A stretch of DNA of 64,000 nt from an uncultured Chloroflexia bacterium (GTDB taxonomy: Bacteria > Chloroflexota > Anaerolineae > Anaerolineales > UBA4823): positions 27,458-91,457 of the forward strand of contig CAVPNY010000019.1 in NCBI GenBank assembly GCA_963706905.1, in the 5' to 3' direction. The notes beneath the pieces were generated by a model, which was not told the DNA's origin, searched no databases, and saw nothing but the letters and a program-made list of their open reading frames with translations. Positions 58,443-64,000 of the stretch are shown here, one piece after another; within the stretch, counting starts at the first letter, position 1; every line of letters begins with the position of its first letter. The position numbers were made by a program, and so were the translations under genes.

Positions 58443-59168
58443 GTGGTGGAGAGCGCCGTCAACCAGGTGGGCGTGGAGGTTTCCACCGCCTCGCCGGCGC
58501 TGCTGGCGCATGTAGCGGGGGTTGGGCCGAAGCTGGCCGAGAAGATCGTGGCCTACCGCGACGAGCACGGGCCGTTCCACAGCCGGGCGGCGCTGGGCAA
58601 GGTGCCCGGGCTGGGGCCGAAGGCTTTCGAGCAGGCCGCCGGCTTCCTGCGCATCCGCGACGGGAAAAACCCGCTGGACGCCAGCGCCATCCACCCGGAG
58701 AGCTACACCATTGCCGGGGCTGTCCTGGAGCGCGCCGGCGTCAGCCTGGCTGCACCGCCTGCCGAGCGCAAGGCCGCGCTGGACAACCTGCTGGCTGCCA
58801 CGCCGCTCGAGCGGCTGGCTGCCGAGCTGGGGGCGGGCGCGCCCACCCTGGCGGATATCTTCGAGCAGCTCGTGCGCCCGGGGCGCGACCCGCGCCAGGA
58901 CACCCCGCCGCCCATCCTGCGCAGCGACGTGCTCTCCATGGAAGATCTGGCCCCCGGCATGCGCCTGAAGGGCACCGTGCGCAACGTGGTCGACTTCGGC
59001 GCCTTTGTGGACATCGGCGTCAAGCAGGACGGCCTGCTGCACCGCAGCCAGGTACCGCCGGGCACGCCCCTGCAGGTGGGGCAGGTGATCGAGGTGGTGG
59101 TGTTGAAGGTGGAGGCGGAGCGCGGGAGGATCGGGCTGGGGATCGGGACAGTGAGCAGTAAGAAGTGA
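58443..59168 (+). CDS. tex: Tex-like protein, C-terminal fragment (HhH motifs + S1 domain)
   Basis: The reading frame is actually open from ~58281. VPGLGPKAFEQAAGFLRI (HhH) and the S1 domain GMRLKGTVRNVVDFGAFVDIGVKQDGLLHRSQV. Confidence 0.85.
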   Translation: MVESAVNQVGVEVSTASPALLAHVAGVGPKLAEKIVAYRDEHGPFHSRAALGKVPGLGPKAFEQAAGFLRIRDGKNPLDASAIHPESYTIAGAVLERAGVSLAAPPAERKAALDNLLAATPLERLAAELGAGAPTLADIFEQLVRPGRDPRQDTPPPILRSDVLSMEDLAPGMRLKGTVRNVVDFGAFVDIGVKQDGLLHRSQVPPGTPLQVGQVIEVVVLKVEAERGRIGLGIGTVSSKK

Positions 59169-59278
59169 GAAGTGAGAAGTGAGAAGGAAGTAGGCAGCCG
59201 GTAGAGGTTGGGCGGGGGGATATCGAGCAATAATCTGTGAATTGCGTGAATGAGAGCGTATTTTGAATTAAATAAAAA

Positions 59279-59310
59279 GTGGTGCGGCGCCAGACCAGGC
59301 GCCGCACCAC
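59279..59310 (-). terminator. Intrinsic terminator for the minus-strand membrane-protein gene (may also stop Tex transcription)
   Basis: 13-bp GC-rich stem GTGGTGCGGCGCC / GGCGCCGCACCAC with a 6-nt loop. On the minus strand it is followed by TTTTTATTTAATTC. Confidence 0.75.
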
Positions 59311-59323
59311 CATAAGCCAATGA

Positions 59324-59620
59324 TTAAGGAGCTGAAGCGGGGTAACCAGGCACATCCTTGCGCTTGTAGACGCCGCCCCCGTATGCCGCGATGTCGCCGA
59401 CCAGGGCCAATCCGAGCCAGACCCAGTCAAAACCGACGATGCCGTTCGCGCCGAATACGAGCACGTACATTAGCGTGGTCCAGGGCAGGAAGATCAAGCC
59501 CAGCAGCGGCCAGAACCAGCCGTTGAATACCGTCTGGACATAGGCAGGCCGGAAAAGCCAGTAAACCAGGAAGGCAAAACGCGGCCCCAACGCAAACAGG
59601 GAAACAAAGAAACAGCACAT
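59324..59620 (-). CDS. Small membrane protein (3 TM helices), function unknown
   Basis: 98-aa ORF: CCFFVSLFALGPRFAFLVYWLF, WFWPLLGLIFLPWTTLMYVLVF, FDWVWLGLALVGDIAAY. Confidence 0.6.
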   Translation of the reverse strand: MCCFFVSLFALGPRFAFLVYWLFRPAYVQTVFNGWFWPLLGLIFLPWTTLMYVLVFGANGIVGFDWVWLGLALVGDIAAYGGGVYKRKDVPGYPASAP

Positions 59621-60049
59621 GATACATTCTCCTTTGACTGAATAACGAACAATTTAAAATGGGAATAAACCAACCTTATCATCCTGCAGGGTATTCGGCG
59701 TCTGGTATCGGAAATATGTTCACCTCCTGTGCTCCTGGGGAGCCGGAATGGAGCAAAGCGATTTTTGCGATGTGGGCTGGGTGGGATGGCCTATTCTATC
59801 AGATAATCCACCAGCTCGAATCATAAGTATCCGGCTTCTTTCTTGCCCCCAACCAGCTCGATTGGCAGGCGTTTGTGCGCATCGGTGGACAGGGTGAGCA
59901 GCTCGGCGGCGGATTAATTCGGGTTGGGGAAGGGGCTGTCGTGCAGTTCAGTATAAAGTATACTGTACTAAGATCTAAGCGGCCAACAGTTAATAGCTAA
60001 CAGCTAACAGGGAAGGCTTTGGGAGTGGCATAATAATAAGGAGTGACGG

Positions 60050-60508
60050 ATGAAGAAACTACAGGTTCTGAACAAGATTGAGCAGACCTGGGCAGCGTTT
60101 AATGACTCCTACACCGGTTTATCCAATGAGCAGATGATCGAGCCTGGCGTTACGGGGGATTGGTCGGTGAGAGATATCCTCGCCCATGTTTGCTGGTGGG
60201 AGCAGGAAGCCCTCAAGCATCTCCCCCAGATCCAGCAGGGCGACCAGCCGCCGCGCTATTCGGTCCTGTATGGTGGCATCGATGCCTTCAACGCGCATAT
60301 GACAGAACAAAAACGCAGACTGAAACTGTCTGAGGTACGCTATCAGTTGGAGAAAACCCACGGCAGGCTGATCGAATATCTGCAGACGGTGCCGGAGGAG
60401 CAGTTCGCCTCGGGAACGCGCTTCCGACGCCGGCTGCGGCTGGACACATACAGCCATTATCCGATCCACACCCGGGACATCAGCGCCTGGCGCGATCGTC
60501 CGGCCTGA
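60050..60508 (+). CDS. DinB-superfamily four-helix-bundle protein (DinB_2/ClbS-like)
   Basis: ...W.....Y.GLS.EQ...PGV.GDWSVRDILAHV.WWE.EAL......Y.H...H...I..W. AAGGAG lies 8 nt upstream of the ATG. Confidence 0.65.
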   Translation: MKKLQVLNKIEQTWAAFNDSYTGLSNEQMIEPGVTGDWSVRDILAHVCWWEQEALKHLPQIQQGDQPPRYSVLYGGIDAFNAHMTEQKRRLKLSEVRYQLEKTHGRLIEYLQTVPEEQFASGTRFRRRLRLDTYSHYPIHTRDISAWRDRPA

Positions 60509-60658
60509 AATTGAAATCATCTGGCTCTCGGATGGTTCAGGCAAGTCATCTGATTGCCGTTATCGAGACGATCTGAAACCAAAAAGGGCGCTTGTGGCGC
60601 CCTTTCTGTATGATTCCCGGATTACGAATGAATCGAGGGTTTGGTTAAATATGAGGGA

Positions 60659-60871
60659 CTAGCTGGACAGGGTAACGTTGGTCGCCTGCAGGCCCTTGGA
60701 GCCTTGCTCGATGGTGAACTCGACGCGCTGGCCTTCTTCCAGGCTCTTGTAGCCTTCGATCTGGATGGCGGAGTAATGCACGAAGACATCGTCGCCGCCT
60801 TCACGTTCGATAAAGCCGTAGCCTTTGCCACTATTGAACCATTTTACCGTGCCGGTAATTCTGTCAGACAT
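60659..60871 (-). CDS. csp: Cold-shock protein (CspA family)
   Basis: [62 protein letters not shown] carries the RNP1 (KGYGFI) and RNP2 (VFVHY) motifs. Confidence 0.95.
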   Translation of the reverse strand: MSDRITGTVKWFNSGKGYGFIEREGGDDVFVHYSAIQIEGYKSLEEGQRVEFTIEQGSKGLQATNVTLSS

Positions 60872-61012
60872 TTCTTTGTTTCCTTGTTACATTTGTTTAG
60901 ATTCGCAGGCTTCCAGCTCGTTGCATCGGAATTTAAGAAAAAAACCCATGGGATGAACCATGAGCTGCTGTCGTCTTCTCCAACACAAACCTACTGGTAT
61001 CCTGCAAGAAGA

Positions 61013-61041
61013 ATAATACTCGATTCAGTCTAAAATGTCAA
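61013..61041 (-). promoter_or_regulatory. Sigma-70-type promoter of csp 60659..60871
   Basis: The minus strand reads TTGACA-17 nt-TATTAT. This implies a ~135-nt 5' UTR. Confidence 0.6.
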
Positions 61042-61167
61042 GGATTTTGGGGTGAAAAAATAGGGCTTTCACAAGCAAAAAAGGTAGCTTCCTGAGCGGA
61101 GCAGCGCTCCTGGCTGCGCAGTCGAAGGGAGCGAAAAGTAAGCAGGCTGTGTTCGATCGAATAAAAG

Positions 61168-61380
61168 TTAGCTGATCAAGGTTACATTGGCAGCCCACAC
61201 ACGCTTTTCGTCCTGCTCGATCTCAAACTCAACTCTCTGGCCTTCAGCCGGGGTTTTGAAATTGTCGTTCGTGATGGCAGAGGCATGGAAGAAGACGTCT
61301 TTCCCACCCTGACGTTCGATAAAGCCGTAGCTTTTTTCGGTGCTGAACCACTTGACCCTACCAGTAAAACGTTCTGCCAT
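61168..61380 (-). CDS. csp: Cold-shock protein (CspA family), second paralogue
   Basis: MAERFTGRVKWFSTEKSYGFIERQGGKDVFFHASAI...GQRVEFEIEQDEKRVWAANV. Start at ATG 61380; the ORF-track start is 61431. Confidence 0.9.
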   Translation of the reverse strand: MAERFTGRVKWFSTEKSYGFIERQGGKDVFFHASAITNDNFKTPAEGQRVEFEIEQDEKRVWAANVTLIS

Positions 61381-61420
61381 TTTTACATTTCCTTTTATAT
61401 TTACCAATATCTGCAGAGAA

Positions 61421-61449
61421 ATATTAATCAATCAGGTCTAAATTGTCAA
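61421..61449 (-). promoter_or_regulatory. Sigma-70-type promoter of csp 61168..61380
   Basis: The minus strand reads TTGACA-17 nt-TAATAT. The -35 context TTGACA(A/T)TTTAGAC is shared with the other csp promoter. The 5' UTR is short (~35 nt). Confidence 0.6.
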
Positions 61450-61469
61450 GGATGCGAGGATTTAAAAAA

Positions 61470-61497
61470 CTGCCCCTCCACAGGTCGGAAAGGGCAG
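61470..61497 (-). terminator. Putative terminator of gene 61517..61786
   Basis: Stem CTGCCC / GGGCAG with a 16-nt loop. On the minus strand it is followed by TTTTTT (A-run 61464-69 on the plus strand). Confidence 0.45.
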
Positions 61498-61516
61498 CTT
61501 TCTGGTGATCGAATGG

Positions 61517-61786
61517 CTAGGCTTCGTTCAGGAAAAACATGGAAGGGATGCCTTCCACGCCGGCTTCCTGCATGCCTGCCTTCAGCTCGGGCGATTGCGC
61601 GAATTTGTGCGCGTTCGCCAGCGAATCCCACTGAAAAATTGTTGTGATCTCGTTCGGATCGCTTTCGCTCCGATAGATGTTTGCCGAAAGCTCACCGTTG
61701 GCGGCGCGCAAATCGACCTTTGAATCGAACACCTTCTTCCACGCGGCAAAGTCCTTGACTTGATGGTGAATTAACATACTGGCCAT
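61517..61786 (-). CDS. Small alpha+beta (Dabb/ABM-like) protein, function unknown
   Basis: 89 aa: MLIHHQVKDFAAWKKVFDS....R...G.......R...DPNE....F.WDSL.NA.KF..S.ELK..M...GV.G.P..FFL. From memory this resembles a common family of ~90-aa proteins often annotated as cyclase or hypothetical. Confidence 0.55.
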   Translation of the reverse strand: MASMLIHHQVKDFAAWKKVFDSKVDLRAANGELSANIYRSESDPNEITTIFQWDSLANAHKFAQSPELKAGMQEAGVEGIPSMFFLNEA

Positions 61787-61877
61787 GCTGTTTATCTTCC
61801 TTTTTATTTTAGAATTTGGTCAAATTGGATTCGCTGTTAGAAGGCGCCCAGAAGACATTCGACTTTTTCCCACCCAT

Positions 61878-61915
61878 AAAAACCGGGCAATCTGCACTTG
61901 AAGCAAATTGCCCGG
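61878..61915 (-). terminator. Orphan intrinsic terminator (leader or small-RNA 3' end)
   Basis: Stem CCGGGCAAT / ATTGCCCGG, extended by 3 more bp (TGC/GCA). On the minus strand it is followed by TTTTTAT. No ORF ends upstream of it. Confidence 0.5.
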
Positions 61916-62117
61916 GAGGGTATCCTGATATCAACAGATATATACTAGTTTGACCTTAATAGTCTATATTATACCATTGGAGGGGTTTTTATTTATGATA
62001 GTTGGGTGTGAGTTTGGGACGGCGGGAGGAGAGCAGGAAGGAGGAAGTGGTCAGCGTTTTTCGCTAACAGGCAATTGCTAACCGCTGGCCTTCGTGTAAC
62101 TTAACGACGGCTCAGGC

Positions 62118-62390
62118 TTGAAGCAGTATATTAATCCTGGGGAAGCGGTGCTGCGTTATGATACGGGCAGCTCCCGGCTCTTGATTTACAGCAATCTGGT
62201 GAGAAGGTTTTATGATGATGGTGATGCGATGAATCTTACGGTGCAATATATCGATAATATTTCATCGGCAACCTCCTTGCCGGGCTCGCCGCCGTTTGAT
62301 CCTAATGTGGGGCAACCTTCTGAGAATAACAACCCCCTGAATGAGATGTTTGTTTTGAAATTATCTGATTTGATTGACATTGGGGAATAA
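62118..62390 (+). CDS. Hypothetical ORF (weak)
   Basis: 90-aa ORF with a TTG start and no recognisable family. Its 3' end overlaps the -35 box of the toxin-antitoxin promoter. Confidence 0.25.
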   Translation: MKQYINPGEAVLRYDTGSSRLLIYSNLVRRFYDDGDAMNLTVQYIDNISSATSLPGSPPFDPNVGQPSENNNPLNEMFVLKLSDLIDIGE

Positions 62391-62422
62391 TTATGCTATA
62401 TTCTTATAGCATATATGCTATA
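62374..62422 (+). promoter_or_regulatory. Promoter plus triple 9-bp operator of the toxin-antitoxin operon
   Basis: TTGACA (62374-79), 17 nt, then TATATT (62397-402). The -10 region overlaps TATGCTATA (62392-400), TTCT, TATAGCATA (62405-13) and TATGCTATA (62414-22). This is a perfect palindrome plus a third half-site. Confidence 0.6.
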
Positions 62423-62452
62423 TTTATCTTCAGTAGAATGATTGGATAGACC

Positions 62453-62650
62453 ATGTGGGAGATCATATTCTATGAAAAGCCCAATGGTCGCTGTCCTGCC
62501 ATGGAATTCCTGGATGGATTGTCTCCCAAAGTTGACTTGCCATTCATTGATCGCATGTTTCGCCTGTTAGCCGAGTTTGGCCCAGAATTGAAACGCCCAC
62601 ATGTGGACTATCCTGCGAGACGATATTTGGGAATTACGAGTAAAAACTGA
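62453..62650 (+). CDS. Gp49/HigB-like (RelE/ParE superfamily, DUF891-type) toxin, frameshifted (coding continues to ~62810)
   Basis: MWEIIFYEKPNGRCPAMEFLDGLSPKV...RMFRLLAEFGPELKRPHVDY. After a 1-nt shift at ~62611 it reads LRDDIWELRVKTESGVYRFFHFYIDGRRIVITHGYHKKAGKV. After another shift at ~62740 it reads SEIDKAIEYRKRLFGQKK. Confidence 0.7.
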   Translation: MWEIIFYEKPNGRCPAMEFLDGLSPKVDLPFIDRMFRLLAEFGPELKRPHVDYPARRYLGITSKN

Positions 62651-62811
62651 AAGCGGAGTATACCGCTTCTTTCACTTTTATATCGATGGTCGAAGAATTG
62701 TAATAACTCACGGATACCATAAGAAAGCTGGAAAAGTGGCTGATTTCAGAAATTGATAAAGCGATCGAATATCGTAAACGATTATTTGGCCAGAAAAAGA
62801 GGTCAGAGAAG

Positions 62812-63027
62812 ATGAAATACTCTGAATACAAGAAAAATCTGGAACAGAATCCAGAATACCAGGAAGCCAATGCTGAGTTGGAACTGGTCTTTGCCTTTGG
62901 GGATGCGGTGCTGCATGCCCGGCTTGAGAAAGGCTGGACGCAAACCGAGCTGGCAAGAGAGTGGGAACAAAACAGGCCAATATTTCACGGATTGAAGCGG
63001 GTCTGGCAAATCCGACGTTGGAATTGA
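62812..63027 (+). CDS. XRE-type HTH antitoxin, N-terminal fragment
   Basis: MKYSEYKKNLEQNPEYQEANAELELVFAFGDAVLHARLEKGWTQTELARE. The frame is then lost at ~62961; the tail WEQNRPIFHG... is out of frame. Confidence 0.7.
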   Translation: MKYSEYKKNLEQNPEYQEANAELELVFAFGDAVLHARLEKGWTQTELAREWEQNRPIFHGLKRVWQIRRWN

Positions 63028-63152
63028 TCCAAAAGGTGTGTAAGGCGCTGGAAATCCGGCCGGAGTTTCAGCACAAGGAAAAACGGAGCCAACGCTATCC
63101 GATTGCGCAGGCTTTTCCGGCCGAACATGCCATTGCTGATTTGCCTGAATAA
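62961..63152 (+). CDS. XRE-type HTH antitoxin, C-terminal fragment
   Basis: VGTKQANISRIEAGLANPTLELIQKVCKALEIRPEF completes the HTH begun in 62812..63027 (…GWTQTELAREVGTKQANISRIEAG). Confidence 0.7.
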   Translation: MGTKQANISRIEAGLANPTLELIQKVCKALEIRPEFQHKEKRSQRYPIAQAFPAEHAIADLPE

Positions 63153-63293
63153 ACCGTTTTTTGGGAGTCCTTTCATGCCCCAGCCCAACCGCTACGAACA
63201 GCAATTCCTGGATGCGCTGTGCCTAAGATGCAGCCCAAGAAACGCTGATCCATTTGTGGGCACTGCTATAATGAATGGGGGCGCGATCGAGAA

Positions 63294-63653
63294 TTAAGTC
63301 ACTTTATCGAGGCGATAGACGAGGAATATCTGCAATACGTTTGATATGAGTAAAATTTGTTTAAAATCAAGATAAATGTTCCAAATATCCACGCACAAAT
63401 GCTCAGCAAAATGAGAGATCCCGATTAAGGTAGCAACTGTTGAGATATTCCCAAGGTATTTTGTTTGTTTCTTGGCCAATTCGAGAGATCTGGAAACTAG
63501 TTTTGTTTGCATTTCAACGAACTGACTTTGTTGCATCAGCAAGTTTTTCTGCTGCTCAGGCTTATCCCGAGCAGGAGTTCGGTTTGGCGAGTAAGTAAAT
63601 CGAGCGGTGTATTTGTTTTTTCGGGGGGTTGTTCCATGTCTCAATTTCTCCAC
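63294..63653 (-). CDS. Hypothetical protein (AT-rich region)
   Basis: 119-aa ORF with a Lys/Gln-rich N-terminus and one C-terminal hydrophobic helix. No family recognised. Confidence 0.35.
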   Translation of the reverse strand: MEKLRHGTTPRKNKYTARFTYSPNRTPARDKPEQQKNLLMQQSQFVEMQTKLVSRSLELAKKQTKYLGNISTVATLIGISHFAEHLCVDIWNIYLDFKQILLISNVLQIFLVYRLDKVT

Positions 63654-63658
63654 ATTCT

Positions 63659-64000
63659 CTATAAGTTCGATCCGGTTTTCGATAATTTGCTGAGCAAATA
63701 CGAATTGGAGGAAAGCACGGTGTGGAATCGCTGAACAATTAAGATAGACTTAATCGGGTTCTGAGCTCTAATCCTTAGATATTTCTCAACGCTGCCACCC
63801 ACATAATGTTGCAATTCTTGGGCGACTTCCCCATCGAACCTCCAGCGGTTCTGCCTCTTAGCAGTATCGCTGCGAGCTTGCACCGGAAACCAGCGTTGGA
63901 TTTTATAGACCTCTCTCACAATTCCCTTATAAACTGAAAAAGCGTACCTGGCTTTGCTTTTTCGCGCTCCAACCACCCAATTTCCACGGGTGACTTCGTA
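63659..64000 (-). CDS. Conserved hypothetical protein, 5' end beyond the right window edge
   Basis: The frame stays open to the edge (YEVTRGNWVVGARKSKARYAFSVYKGIVREVYKIQRWFPV...RWRFDGEVAQELQHYVGGSVEKYL...AQNPIK). I recall this pattern from an uncharacterised family and cannot name it. Confidence 0.5.
   Translation of the reverse strand, partial: YEVTRGNWVVGARKSKARYAFSVYKGIVREVYKIQRWFPVQARSDTAKRQNRWRFDGEVAQELQHYVGGSVEKYLRIRAQNPIKSILIVQRFHTVLSSNSYLLSKLSKTGSNL

Noticed and set aside
59162-59185. Tandem heptamer GAAGTGA x3 at the end of tex
   Set aside because: It is a very short, low-complexity repeat overlapping the stop codon. No further structure or partner site is present, so it is probably incidental.
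59795-59900. Possible gene remnant on the minus strand (…AAELLTLSTDAHKRLPIELVGGKKEAGYL-stop)
   Set aside because: It is only ~30 codons, with no start, no recognisable family and no listed ORF. The evidence is insufficient to call a pseudogene.
59949-59965. Palindrome CAGTATA-AAG-TATACTG ~85 nt upstream of the DinB-superfamily gene as a LexA/SOS box
   Set aside because: It does not match the CTGT-N8-ACAG or GAAC-N4-GTTC LexA consensus types that I know. The DinB-superfamily fold is not itself evidence of SOS regulation. It could be an operator, but the support is a single palindrome.
63103-63297. 64-aa plus-strand ORF downstream of the antitoxin
   Set aside because: It has no ribosome-binding site and no recognisable family. 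It overlaps the antitoxin's end and its composition is atypical, so it is likely non-coding.

Overview
GC-rich bacterial chromosomal segment, densely coding on both strands. The gene style (Pro/Thr-rich linkers on many secreted proteins, giant SARP/WD40 and MalT-type regulators, Kelch/LamG/IPT exoproteins) suggests a Chloroflexota-like or actinobacteria-like organism, but that is inference only.

Left to right the window contains:
- a triple-FKBP lipoprotein;
- an ABC-2 exporter operon divergent from a MalT/LuxR STAND regulator, with a phased heptamer array between them;
- a 22-bp repeat array;
- a visibly AT-richer 2.1-kb Kelch-lipoprotein insert bracketed by ~450-bp direct repeats of an oxidoreductase 3' end;
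- a ~4.5-kb SARP-NTPase-TM-WD40 gene split by one frameshift;
- a long minus-strand catabolic cluster: GntR/YhfZ-like regulator, RpiB, DSD1-like PLP enzyme, YjbQ, pseudo-HAD, TIM-barrel isomerase, FGGY-kinase remnant, two SDRs, cyclase and a sugar ABC transporter. Its divergent promoter region carries an intact IS with 13-bp inverted repeats and a 10-bp target duplication;
- a second, paralogous STAND-like NTPase-TM-TPR gene translationally coupled to an SH3-like lipoprotein;
- a HEPN/MNT pair;
- a ~1300-aa YYWRV-repeat surface protein;
- DUF4405 plus a Gly/Gln-rich protein;
- hydrolases;
- a second array of the same 22-bp repeat in the opposite orientation;
- a multidomain exoprotein;
- an ECF sigma / anti-sigma-beta-propeller pair;
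- YgjP, DUF4160/DUF2442 and Tex;
- two cold-shock genes with near-consensus promoters;
- a Gp49/HigB-like toxin with an HTH antitoxin.

I found no rRNA, complete tRNA, CRISPR array or cas gene.

About twenty +/-1 frameshifts, mostly in short homopolymers and concentrated in the right half, interrupt otherwise convincing genes. Apparent pseudogenes may therefore be consensus errors.

The best candidates for something undescribed are:
- the two paralogous membrane-spanning STAND-like NTPases, one coupled to a lipoprotein and next to HEPN/MNT;
- the dispersed 22-bp repeat family;
- the repeat-bracketed Kelch insert with iteron-like motifs;
- the uncharacterised catabolic cluster.
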